A DNA stretch of 64,000 nt from Dimorphilus gyrociliatus. Its lineage: Eukaryota > Animalia > Annelida. Shown here piece after piece: positions 25,430 to 38,300 of the stretch (position 1 is its first letter; each line of letters starts with the position of its first letter). Under the pieces are notes generated by a model. It was not told the DNA's origin. It was given only the letters and a program-made list of their open reading frames with translations, and ran no database searches. The translations under genes were made by a program, and so were the position numbers. The stretch lies in the NCBI GenBank assembly GCA_904063045.1, contig CAJFCJ010000052.1, forward strand, positions 1 to 64,000. The letters run 5' to 3'.

Positions 25430-26869
25430 TTGCTTTTTTTCGTTGGAACTATTAAAACAGAAAAATATTTTTCTTTATCCTGTCCTTCTCACATACCAAT
25501 GGGTTGTGGAACATCAATAAAACCTTGCCAACACGTCTATTGTACTCAATGTTGTCAAGAATCATTTGCGGATAACTGCAAAATAACGTGTACTACCTGT
25601 AAAGAAGATCGTGAACTATCTATTGATCAAATTCACAATATAAAATTAGGAATTGCTGATGAATCTCTTCAAGGAAAACCATTAATTGATCAAAAATGCA
25701 AAAAACATAAAACTATACCTTCAAATTCCATAGCAGTTGAAATTTGTTTTACAATAGAAAATTGTGATGAAATATGCAATAAACTAACAAAAACATCAAT
25801 TCATTTAAAAGGTGTGAAGATTGTAAATTGTAAAATTTCTGGAGAGTCTTGCAAGAAAATAGGTAATGTCCTCCGAAAATTTTCCACAATTGAATGGATA
25901 GATTTAAGTAGCAATTTCTCTATGGAACATTCTATCTTATTCATATGTGATGGTCTTCAACCCTCGTCCGATACTTTGAAAAAATTGAATATGAGTGCTT
26001 GTAATATTAGAATTATTGGATGGAAATATTTTATTGAAATCTTGGAGAAAATGACTAAATTAGAATCAATAAATTTAAGTAATAATAAATTATCTCCAAT
26101 AGAGTTAACTGGTATTTGCCAAGCACTTTTTCTGTCAAAACATACTTTAAAGGATATATTGTTGGAAGAATGCTCTATTTTACAATATGAATGGGAATTT
26201 CTTGGTAATTTTTTGGGAAAATTGCCAAAATTGGAAAGGATTTTCTTAGGATTTAATCCTTCAATTGATTTTATGTTTTTAAATATTTGTAAAGGACTTC
26301 AGTCATCAGTAAATACCTTAAAAGGTTTATCATTTCCATCTTGCGCTCTGAAAGAGAATTCATGCCAATCTTTAGGATATCTTTTAAACTTTTGTACTCA
26401 AATTGAAGAAATATATTTGGATTTTAATACTGCAATGGGAAATGGATTTTTTAACATTTGTCACAGACTTTACTCATCGGTTCATACTTTAACAAAAATT
26501 TCCCTTCAAAAATGTCAATTAAGTGAAGAACAGGCTAAAAATATTGGTTGCGTTTTATTAAAATGTTCTAGAATGGAATTTATAGATTTAAGCTATAATA
26601 ATAAAATGAAAGAAGGATTGTTAAGTATCTGTGCTGGATTGATCCAATCTTCAAAACCTTTAAGAATTGTTCGCCTTCTAAGGTGTTTTATAGATGAAAA
26701 TCAATCAAAATACATTGCTTCTTTATTCAGATGTCCAAATATAATTGAAATAGATTTAAGGACTGAAGGTGAAGTTGGAGATGGAATAGCATTAGAAACC
26801 ACAAGGTTATTCAATCTTAAATTTAGAAAAACTCCAGATTTTAATTTACCAAAAAAATGGATTTTATAA
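25430..26869 (+). CDS. RING-finger-like + RNI-like leucine-rich-repeat protein (no NACHT visible)
   Basis: CPSH...PCQHVYCTQC...CTTC; about 10 repeats of 28 residues (LEKMTKLESINLSNN; CSRMEFIDLSYNNKMKEGLLSICAGL). The true start probably lies in upstream exons. Confidence 0.8.
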   Translation: MLFFVGTIKTEKYFSLSCPSHIPMGCGTSIKPCQHVYCTQCCQESFADNCKITCTTCKEDRELSIDQIHNIKLGIADESLQGKPLIDQKCKKHKTIPSNSIAVEICFTIENCDEICNKLTKTSIHLKGVKIVNCKISGESCKKIGNVLRKFSTIEWIDLSSNFSMEHSILFICDGLQPSSDTLKKLNMSACNIRIIGWKYFIEILEKMTKLESINLSNNKLSPIELTGICQALFLSKHTLKDILLEECSILQYEWEFLGNFLGKLPKLERIFLGFNPSIDFMFLNICKGLQSSVNTLKGLSFPSCALKENSCQSLGYLLNFCTQIEEIYLDFNTAMGNGFFNICHRLYSSVHTLTKISLQKCQLSEEQAKNIGCVLLKCSRMEFIDLSYNNKMKEGLLSICAGLIQSSKPLRIVRLLRCFIDENQSKYIASLFRCPNIIEIDLRTEGEVGDGIALETTRLFNLKFRKTPDFNLPKKWIL

Positions 26870-27329
26870 TATTTGTATTGATTTTGGTCAATTTCAATTT
26901 TTTTCATGGAGCTTTAAAAAACAATGAATTAAATATTGGAAATAATTATAGTTACTCTAATAGTAGAATGTTGTATTTTTTCAACTTAGAAATAGTAAAA
27001 GATATCGAGGTGGCAGCACTGTCAAATTTTTATTTCTGTAGATTGCTGCAGGAGGTGTACATTGCCACGAAATTCGTTTATTAGTCTACAATTAGAAAAA
27101 AGAATTGGTCAGTGGTCGAATGCGAAAGTAGGCCATATGATGTGTGTCCCATTCTCTCCATGCTCATTATGCATTTGAATTTTTCAATACACAATCGATA
27201 TTTTATCTTTTTTCTTAACCTGAATCATCTTTTATTACTCATAATATTTCAAATTGGAAATATACTTTTCCTTTTTGGAAGAATTTTTAACCTTTCATCA
27301 AATCTTTGTATTATCTCAATGATGGAGTC

Positions 27330-27402
27330 AGGAAAAAATGATCCTGGGAAAAAATGTCCTAGGGTGGGAAAAAACATCCTAAAGATTGGGAGAAAACATC
27401 CT
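27330..27402. repeat. Four copies of a GGGAAAAAAyrTCCT motif (probable MULE subterminal array)
   Basis: ggaaaaaatgatcct/gggaaaaaatgtcct/gggaaaaaacatcct/gggagaaaacatcct; core resembles GAAAACGTCC of the MITE TIR. Confidence 0.5.
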
Positions 27403-27599
27403 ATGCATGACTAAAGATTTTTTTGAAAAATTACTTTAAATGAAAACTGCATGCTAAAACTAATAGCAATAGTTAATCATGATAATTTACAACTTTGATA
27501 TGGTTTTAATTGAAATCGAACCCTATGAAAACATTTAAACATTTGGTACATTCATAGGTTTAAAATATTAAAATGCTAAAGCAGAAATATCAATGCTAA

Positions 27600-30500
27600 A
27601 CAAAAAAGGAATATGCATAGAGTAGAGGTGAGTACTGCTTTTCCATCCATATTTCCCTTTGGTAAAATGACTTTGACAAATATCAATGTAATTGATTCTA
27701 AACTGATTGTACCAAGTCTTGAAAAGCTTAAGAATATTCAACAAATTTTACACATTACACCATTTCTCCAAACACTTTCATTTTCATAATAACTGTTTTT
27801 ATAATAGATGTTGCTACTCAATAAGATTATTAATGAAAAGCTGATAAACATTTGTAAGCAATAAATGAAAAAATGAATTAGTATATTTCATAATTTCTTC
27901 TAATTAGCATGATTAGTAAACATATTCCAAAACAATTTAAAATTAGTATAGATATTATTGACAAAATTACAATATATTTTTGAATTCTTGATTGTAAAAT
28001 ATTTGAACAAGATTTTAAATTGATACCGGTTTCTTTTCCTTTCCAAGTACATTTTGCACTTTTCATATATAACTTTAATGAACAGCATATGTAAAAATTG
28101 TGAGTTTTAAATAGTTTCAAACATGGAAAATTTTTCAAAAAATCATGTTTTATATCAGATTTCATTTGTCTAGAAACAGTTATTACATTTTCTTATGATA
28201 GCAATTCTGGAATGTTTTTCAGGCAAAATATTCGTAATTACATCTTTAATAATGATTAATTTCTGAAATTTTGAAATATTTGTCAAGTTAATTGATGGAA
28301 TTTGATTAAATGATAAATCAAGGTGTAAAACTGAAAATTTGCCGAACAGAATAGAATTCAATTGTTTTAAAAAGTTTCCTTTACCGTAGAATATTTGTAA
28401 TTTTAAAAGGTAGTCAACACTTTTCCTATAAAAAATACCCTTGTCTTGTGTAACTGATATCATGAATCACTAAATTTTGAATATTTCTAACAACATCATC
28501 AACACTCATTAAACTTTGAGTTAAATTTTAAAAAGTATCGTAATGTTTTTCAATTTTTTTAAGAAGAAAATTGAAAATTGTCGCATTTTTTATGTTTATT
28601 AAATACAACTTTTTCGCGAATAATCGTTTTTCATAATTTCATGAAATTTTCATTTGAAGTTTTAAAATTGCATTCAATTTCAAAACGAATTCTGCAGACA
28701 CATTTTATTGGACATTTGAAAGGTTTACAATACAATTCGTCGCTTCCATCTATTTGTCCATCGCAAACTTGAGTTTTACTTAATAAGATTCCATCTTTAC
28801 AGGAAAAATATCCAATTGGATGAAAGAATTCGTCTAAGAAATTTTTTTTTCAATAGTGAAATGACGTCATCAATGAATTTTTATCTATACCACATCATAC
28901 CACAGAAATTGTCATCGTCTCCATAATCGCAGTGTTTTTCTCCATCGCATACATTTTTAATTGGAATACAAAAATTAGCAACATAGCATTGATATTCTCC
29001 GATATTACACTCAGTTTTATAACAATTGTATAATTGTTTAAATGAATAATGGATTTCTGATGTTAATTCACACATAGAACTCAACTTTAGGTGACAATTC
29101 TCTCCATTTTCACAGCGAAGGGCGCTGAAATACTTCGAAAAGACAAGGCATTCCTCCTTTATCATATCATTCATTTGGTTGATTATTCTAGTCAGCTACA
29201 TAATAATTTTTTACTTGCAAAGAATCCATTTTGTATTCGAGTCCAATAAAAATGTGGATAATTTTCACATACAGCTGCTGTTTCGTCATTGTATCCTGTA
29301 CAATTCGATCTAACATCGCATTTGTAAGACTCATCTAAGCATCTATTATCGCAATGAAACCAACCAGATTGGCAATCTTCTTCATGACAGTCTTCATCAG
29401 AAAAGTCAATACAATTTCTTTACCTTTTTATCTATCGTTTTTCATTATACATTGGTCATTTTTACAAAGAAATCTATTTCCTAAATTACAATTTCTGTAA
29501 ACTAGAAAAAAAAAATTGTTGTTTTTTTTTAATTAATTATTATCTGTTTAAGGAAAAATAAAAAAGAGATTTATTTAACTGCAACCTTTCTCATCTTGAC
29601 CATCTGGGCAATCTTTGATATGATTGCAAACTCTATATTTGAAAATTCTTTGTTAATTTTTCTGTGAAAAAAAATCGAAAAAACGGAAAATATAAAAAAG
29701 TAGGTCAACCGACGATGCGTTTAAAAAAATAACATGTCTTACTAATATCAATAGTTTTTTGGCAGATAACTATAGATAATATTAAACCGTTATATTGAAT
29801 AGATAAAAATTTTGATTTCATATTAAGAGCAGACAATATCGATTGGATCCAATTTCTTTTATTGTATGAAAACATTGCCTATTTCAATGGTTTTGTCAAT
29901 TGTTTATTGGTTTTAAAAAAAATTGCGTTTATTTCTTTACTTTAAAATATTACGATCAAATGAAGAGCCTATCATATAGAATGGGGTTTTTTTATCAACA
30001 GCTTTCTGAAATTTAGGGGAAGTTCTCCTTAATGGATTATCTGTTGAGAAATTGTACAAAAAAATGGGAAAAATGTTGAAGTTTCATTCCATACCCAATG
30101 CTATAAAATCTTCATGAACATTTTTCCAATTATCACCTTTTAAATCACTTCTATCATCTTCTTTTTTCAATATTGAAGGTATAACAATATTTTGAATGAA
30201 AAGTCGTTCCTTCAATGAGGACAATTCAAGAACTGATAGGTTGTATTTTTTACAGAAATGTGTTGCTTTGTTCTAAGAACTTTAAAACATTTATTCTGAA
30301 ATTTATAAGTGTTTGACTGCAGACAAATATCATTATTGTTATCTAATTGATTAGAATTGAAAGAAAGGAATTGAAAAAACTTATCTATTTCATTAAAAAT
30401 AAAACAAAAGACAATTTACTAATCACACTTGTATCTGAACTATTATAACAATGAAATTTTGGAATATATTTATCAGCCCTTTCAAACCATTCAACATCAT

Positions 30501-30725
30501 TTGGATATATATATATATATAGCAATCAGAGAGATTTTTTGCAACTTTACAATCAATTTCCAATTCAACAGGATAAAGATAATTCAAATCTCTTATTATT
30601 TCATCAACCTCTAAATCAATTTCATCATGTTTATATCCAAAACGACGACAGATAATCTGATAATCATTCACATATAGTGGTCGACAAAAAAACCCAGACA
30701 CCATAAATTTTGATAGGCCGAACAT
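27600..30725 (-). pseudogene. GRL101-like LDLa-LRR GPCR, frameshifted and truncated after about TM3
   Basis: LDLa repeats (CIPIKNVCDGEKHCDYGDDDNFC; CPDGQDEKGC), LRR LHLDLSFNQI, hinge YICC, TM1, and ENESVWRNGVMCKIL before TM3. Confidence 0.7.
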
Positions 30726-30749
30726 TATAAATCTTTTTCACCAGCAAAA

Positions 30750-31870
30750 AAGATTCTTTTTTTTATTTTTCAAGTATAAAATATTAGTTTAAGGTTTGAT
30801 ATATACATGAGTTTCTTTTAAATATCATTTAGATAAGTTTTCACATAAATGTTTTTGTTTTCTTATTTGGCCATGAGACATTATTACTCGGATGATGGTT
30901 TGGGGATTAATATTTTTATTATTTTTGAATATGACAACCCTCATTTACAATACATTTACTAATCCTACCTCCCATCCCTGCATATAAATTTAGTAGCAAG
31001 TCAGGATTTTGAGTTATAACCTGGTATGAACATTTTTTTATTTTCTCCCACAGTTCATCCCCAGATTGAAATTGTGCCCCATCATAAACTAAATTTTTTG
31101 TCAGGTGCCACATATTTTCTATAGGGCTCAGGTCAGGGCTCTTTGCTGGCCAATCAATTGGATTGATACCATTCATTCTAAAGGCCCTCCTAGTTGCTCT
31201 TGCTGTGGCAGCCTGTGTTATCTTGTTGGAAGATGTAATTCCTGCCCATTTTGAGTGATATCTCTTCAATGACAGGAAGAACATCTTCCACAACAAAACA
31301 GCTATAATTTTTGACTTATCCTCCAAACTTCAAATACCCCATCTGAGGTTATTAATCCCCACACCATCACTCCACCTCTTCCCATATTTTTAGTGACTCT
31401 AAAATTTTTTTCACCATCTTTTGTCCACATTCTGAAATCATCAGGCCCACTCAGAGAGAATCTGGCCTTGTCTGTGAAAATCACTCTTGACCAGTCCAGA
31501 TTTTCAGCAATTGTTTTGAGGCCTAACCCTGTTCTAGAATCCTAACGTCTTTACCCCATGCAGTAATTAAGTAAATAGAATTTAAAGTTAACTACAGTAA
31601 TTAAAATAGATCAAAAGTGATTACATAACTTTGAAAATTAGTTTGGTTAAAAAAAATTTCTGTTTAGGATGTTAATTTGAATCCAAAACTGGAAACAAAA
31701 CGGATGTGCGGTTAATAACGTCTCATGACCAAATAAAGAAAAAATTAATTAAAATTATTAAAAAAAATTTTCCTATTAGTATTCACAAATATGATAATTT
31801 TGTCATTTTTTTTTAATATTACATAAATATAACCCTTTATCAATGTAAATTTCCTAAAAAAACTAATTTC
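30750..31870 (-). mobile_element. Tc1/Tc3-like (family a) element with DDE core, frameshifted
   Basis: IFTDKARF, GGVMVWG, DWPAKSPDLSPIENMW; left-arm sequence in reverse at 31700-31870. Confidence 0.85.
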
Positions 31871-32489
31871 AAACAAAAAAACACCACTATATATACATAT
31901 ATAAATTTATATAACTATATATATATACTTATAATTCTAGTGAAGAACCTTGATTTGTTTTGAAGAAAGATTTGAAAAAATAACAGAATTCCATGTTTTA
32001 TTATAGCAAATTGCTAAATATCCATATTGTCCAACATCAAGTGTAGATTAAGTAGAATTGTATTCATTACTTTGATTTTTTAGGTAAATTGAATCTCTTA
32101 ATTGAAATTTATCATCTAAGTTTAAAGTAAAGTTCAAATGCTATCCATCCATAATTTCTACGTGTTGATCTAAAAAACTAGAAAAAAAACTACACCTTCA
32201 TTTGTACAATTTTCCATTTCACATTTTTGAAAAATGCTTAAATAGTTAGAATTAATTAATTGGTAGGATTCTTATTATTGAATATAGGATTGTTAAAATC
32301 ACACGAGATGCATACAAATAGTAGTTTCTTTTTTGTAAAATAAAACAAGTGGGATTCATCCAAATTATTATAGTAAACTCCCTTGATATGATCTTTCAGT
32401 CATCCAAACAGCTAATAATCATTACTGTATGGGGGATACAGGCATATAGAATATTTCTATGCTTTCCTTTCATATTCATTAATTTTGCG

Positions 32490-34284
32490 AGCAGCTTATA
32501 TCTGGATCCAAGGACCTGGGAAGATAACCTGGAAACAATCCATCTACTCCTCAACATTGGAAGACAGTTTGGTAATTTGGCAACCTGCTATTACGAACTA
32601 TCTATTCTGCTATTGAACTCTCATATTACTACTTGCTTAAGTATTATTATTGCGAATAAACTGTTTTAATTTAAACATTTGTTTAAAGGTTCGAGTAGAA
32701 CCAGTATTGTTATAACTTGCAAACGCATTGATTTTGCCAGCAAGAGCAGTACAATATCTATGAGGAAACTTTTTAACTTAAGTTCACATATATTTTTGAA
32801 CTTTAGTTTCTAGCTAAAATCGTAAACACTTTAACCATGGTTAGTGGGTATCCTTTAAAACCACGAAATTAGTCAATTTTTAATGGAAGCTCACAAGTAT
32901 TTGAACATGGGAAAGAATATTTTTTTCTACATGGGTAAATTGAGTATCATTTTTCTTTCAATGAGTTATGCTTATTTTTTTCATTTTAGCTCTGATAATT
33001 GCGAATCAAATTGCAAAAGCTCAAGCTAATGGTTCTGGTAATACAAGCTTTTATTTACCTTCCAATAAAGTGTCCAGCCAAAATGTAAATTGTACATCAG
33101 TGGCTACGGTCCTTTGAATGGTTGTAACATCATCTCTTTTTGTAATACCACTTGCAGCAGTATTAATTATTGCTTGTGTAGCTAAATGCAGATGATAAGC
33201 CTTTTGATTACATTACTGGAATTATTCCTATCATGTACCTATTTGGAGGATCTTCTCAAAAAATCAAACATTTTAACACAGGAATAGTTAAATTATTTAT
33301 TGTGCGTTTTCTCACTAATTTATTGTCTTATCTCACAGTTTTAAATATAAACAGATAAATTACAACTGATTGTAATACTTAAATATTGGAATTCCATCCA
33401 TATTTATTTCAAAATCTAAATCTCTTCAATGCTTTAGTCATATACTCTCTTTATATCTGGAAGCCTTTCTTCTTAGTGATTCTAATTCTGGCAAGTCTTC
33501 AATATTGTCGTGAAATTTAAGGATAATATCTTCTGCTATTCTTTTGTTCAGTTGTTTCATTATCACCATTTGCATTTCCTTCAAATCTATTCCTGATTCA
33601 AAAACTTTTTCCAGATTTCCAAGTAGGTCAAAATGCCCTTAAATGGGCCAGCAATAGACTTGTTCATTTAAATATATTTTAGAGATTGTTTTTTTCTTGC
33701 TGTGCATTTTAGTTCATTCCACTTTTATTAAAAAGTATGAACTACTACATACCTCAGACTACCATTGCTTTTAAATGAAAGAAACAAAAGTAATCCTTCA
33801 AAAAAATTCTAATTGTCATGATTATCAATTATTTTGTGCTAAAACTGTCTTCATGCGAGGCACAAAGGTGTGACCCATTTATAATTCAATTAACCCTTCT
33901 AAAGATTGGACTTTGTAACACCCTGTTAGTAAAAAAAACATGAACTAAATTGTTCACCAACTGCAAAGTGATGAATGGATACTAGAGGCAAACCTCAAAG
34001 TATATAAATCCTGACTGTTTCATTCCAATCATTTAATCTCAATGTAATCATTAGAGAAGATAATTTGAAAACAAGCCTCTACTCTTTAATATTGGATACT
34101 AATTTGGTAATTTGGCACCCTGCTATTTGAACCATCTACTCTGCAATTGAACTTTCATATTGCTACTTGCTATGTATTTTATTTTGAATGAACCATTTAA
34201 ATCAAATGTTTGTTTAAAAACTGGCGTAGAATCAGTACTGTTGTAACTAGCAAACAAATAAATTGGCCATACAAGAGCAGTAGA
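32490..34284. mobile_element. Two partial LTR-B copies (~32490-32753 and ~33870-34284); another at ~43700-44090 is fused to an LTR-A fragment
   Basis: High similarity to 53309-53943 including the ...caagagcagtaca end. Confidence 0.75.
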
Positions 34285-35339
34285 GCATCATCCTAGGGAG
34301 ATATGTTGTATAAAGAGTAACAGACAACACATGGGCACACTTTTATTTTTGTAACTGTTATATCGGAAATGACTATATCGGAAATGACTCCAACAATCTC
34401 AATGTAAATGATAAGACAGACCCGATAGTCTTTTAAAGGTTCATGGTTGACAAATTTCAATGATCACAAAAACAAAAGTACAAAAAAAGAAAAATAAAAG
34501 TTGTAAATATGGTCATATTTATATTGTTTTCCTTTTCTAAATAATAGTTGAAAACTGCTTATCTCTATCAGCCAACCAATACAATGTTTTATTAATATAT
34601 TTCATGTAGAAGAGAGGGGATGAATATGACATTGTGAGGAAATTAATGAGCTTAGTCTTCCTGCTCACTAAATTTTTATAAGCAGCATTTCAGGTTAATT
34701 AAGAAATATGTCCCTTTGAAGTGAAGTCTCTAATTATGTTCATTGAAACGCAGAAAGTCAGGGGTATAATTTTTATATGGGAAGGCTTTAAGGATTAATA
34801 ACAATCATGCTGACGGGCATTACAAGCTAAATAAGAATATTGACACTCACTATGCGTTCTATATTCTTTTTTATGATCTAAAAAGAGAAGCAGGTTTGAT
34901 ATTTTTTTTTCCAAGTGTGTTGTGGTTTGTTGACAACGATCAATAACTGAAAAATGGAAAATTTGAGATGCATTGGATGGATACTTCATTCCGGATCTTA
35001 TGCTTTATTATAGAGATTTTTGATATAGTTAAAACAGGGGCATGATGAAACTGTCTCAAGAAAAATGGTGCGACTATGTGGAAAAAGATGAAAAGATTAC
35101 CTCAGCAGTACAAATATTAAAGAAATTTGAAACTTAAGTGACATAAGCGAAATCTTAATCTAGACTTTTCCTGAAAGCTTTAAATTAATTAGATTCATTC
35201 ACTTTTGAAATCCTATACCAATATAATAAAATGGATTCCTTTCTATGTAAAAGCAAGACAATATAAATAATTTTTAATTAAAATCTTTGAATATCACAAT
35301 TGAAAATTGTTTTCTTTTCCCCTCTAATCAATTTTAGAA

Positions 35340-38300
35340 ATGCTGTTAATCTACTTTTTCTTTGAATTTTTAAATTTTTGTCATTCATTTCAAATTACAT
35401 TTAAAACTATTGAAAAAGATGATATTTTCCATAACAATTTGGCCGTAATTTTTGATAATTATTCACAAAAATATTATCCAATATTATTAGACGGTTGCAA
35501 TATGTACAATTTGACATCTTTATGCAAATTACACGGTTTTGATGACTATCACTCTGAAATGGTTACTTGCTTTGGAAACCGTTTTGGTAATTTATCAAAT
35601 CTCTTCATTAAAACTGTGTACTGGACAAAAAAATTTCGAATATATTCAACAAAAATGTCAATAATTTGAAATTTTTATGTCCATTAATCATGGTTTTTGT
35701 GATTGCTTTGATGCATTTAAAAGAAAAATATTTTATTATTTTTTCAATAGAAGAAGATAAGGCATATGAAAACTACAATGGAAAATATATTTTGAGGAAT
35801 TTAAAAGATTTAAATTCAAAAATTCCTCAAAATTTTTTGTGCATTAAATGTTGGAAAAAAAGAGATTGTTTAGTTTTTTTTTAATTATTTTCAACAAGAA
35901 AATTTTTAAATTGTTCTTTTATTCTTTTAGATATATTTACTGTTGTAAATTTCAATACATTCACACCTATTTACAGGGAAAATAATATCAATTATAGATT
36001 AGAGAAAACTATCAGAAACTTTTGCACAGAGGGTCTATTTTTTGTAGCCAAAAATATCTCATTAAATCCTGAAAAATTATATGTTAGAAATAGTCGAAAT
36101 AAAAAATACCAACTTTTAAATGTAACCAAATCCAAAAAAGAGATTTATTCAAATTGTAAAATTCCAAAAGTCTTTTTACAAAACAGAAGTTTGTTATCCT
36201 TTTAAAACAAAGAACATAAAAAATTGTTTTTTTAAACATTCATTAAATTTAGATTTCTTTAAAAACTTTAATTTCAATGTTTTTATTAAAAAACATGATT
36301 CTGAAAAAATTAAACATTTGTCCTATAAATCAAGATACTTGAATTTTTTAGTATATTCTTTAAATGATAAAAGTGTTGAATGGAGAATTATTGTGGATTA
36401 TTTATGTTCACATTATTCAAAATATGTCAACTATGACACAATTTTAATTAATGAAACACAGAAAAATAGTGAATGTTTCAAAAGAGATACATTCAATTGC
36501 AAAAATTTGACTTCTCCATCTTGTATTTATACATCATTTGTAATGGAATCAGTAAAATTGTACTGTAAAACAGAAACAAATGATGTTTTTAATTGCTTTG
36601 CTATTAATTTCTATGCAATGGGAATAAAATACTTTAATGTGAATTTTACTTGTTCATATGATGTGATTCCACTTGGTATTCAATTAAATATAAATTTATA
36701 AATGATTTGATAGCAATTTGACCTAGATTTAGATATATTTATTAAAATTTCTATATAGCTAATTTCTTTAATTTAGACTGATACGAGGATATCTTGTATT
36801 TAGCAAAAAAGCAATTCTATATCTCGCTCACACTCTCTCACATTAATTTTTTTTCATAAAAGGTAGTCAAGATTTTCGATTTGTTAATAATCAAAATCAA
36901 GTTGTCTCTAAAACCACAAGTGGAACTCATACAAATGTTGTCATTATCAAAGATTTAGAAATGAATATAAATGATTTTTGGTTGAAAATTTCATTATTGT
37001 CTGTGAAAAGTTTTGAAATTAAACTTATTTGTCAGCATTTTGGATTTTCTTATGGTACATTTATACCAATGAAAAAATCCTTTGAAATAAGGAATCTTGG
37101 GTTAGAATGCAAAAAAAGTTATTCATTTCTTATTCAGTGTAAGATAACATATTCTCTGTAAGTTCTTTAGAATAAACAATTTGTTGATATAAGCAAAACA
37201 AATTAGGCCTATTCTTGAAAATTATCAATTCATATACTGTACTGTACATGAGTAGTTTTTGTAGGATATGAGTCCTATCGAACAGTAAATCTAATAAGAA
37301 AATCACTTTTGGTGGTCTGTTAATGTAGTTTATAAATTATTTGATTAGGTTTTGATATGAAATCGTCCATATTGTTGGCAGTTGATTTAAGTGTAGAAAA
37401 AACACTTTTCAATTCGTTTGAATCAGTTAAGATGTTTTTTTAAAAAAAAATCGTATTTGCTTTATGTCAACAATATTTAAAAAGAAACAAACAAATGATA
37501 TATTATCATTTATTTTTTGCTTTCTTAAAGAATTGTTAGTTATTATGTTTATAATGATATTGACAGTTTGTTTGCAATTAAATGTTCAAAAGAGAGAATT
37601 CAAGGTAATTTTTTTTATCTGAATGAAAAAATAAAACAATTTAAAAGTCTCTTTAGATTGCACTGATAAAAATGCCTTAATAATTGCTGATGTATGCTAT
37701 TCTATCTTTGGCAGTAATACTTTTAAATCTGCAATTGCTGTTAATGAACATTGTAAGAAAAGAAATCTAACAACTTGGGATAATTTACTGCAATATAAAA
37801 CTGAAATTATCGAATTTTTAAAAAACGAAAATTCACGAATTAAAATAATTACAGGTTTTTTCGTCTTTAACATTTTCACATCTTTTATTATGAAACTTTA
37901 CCAGTTGTCAATGAATTGACACCTACAAATCGTCCAATTGAATTATTTGACGAAGTTTACAGAAAAGTTGGTTTTTTTTAATTTGTTAAAGAAAAGGAAA
38001 GTTTTTCTATTTTCAAAAAAAGGAACCAAGCCATTTTAAAAGAGAGTTAATATATAAAACTAAATCTAGAGAAAATATTAAAGAAAAAGAAGATATTTGT
38101 TTAGAACATTATCTTGCAGAGCGTCAAGAAGGTGGAAGACTGATAAATCAAGTAACATTTTCATTTATTATTTGTTCTGTGGAAACTATTCAATATTTTG
38201 CTTGCCAAATGATACCTAGTATGAATTTTTGTGTATTAATTTCTATTAAATAAGACCTTTTAGGTTGAGCCCTTTTAATTTTTTTTTTTGATATTTAATA

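Noticed and set aside
33000-33660. Short frames (a TM-like VVTSSLFVIPLAAVLIIAC on +, and ~50-65 aa frames on -)
   Set aside because: Bounded by stops, with no recognisable family or consistent splice structure.
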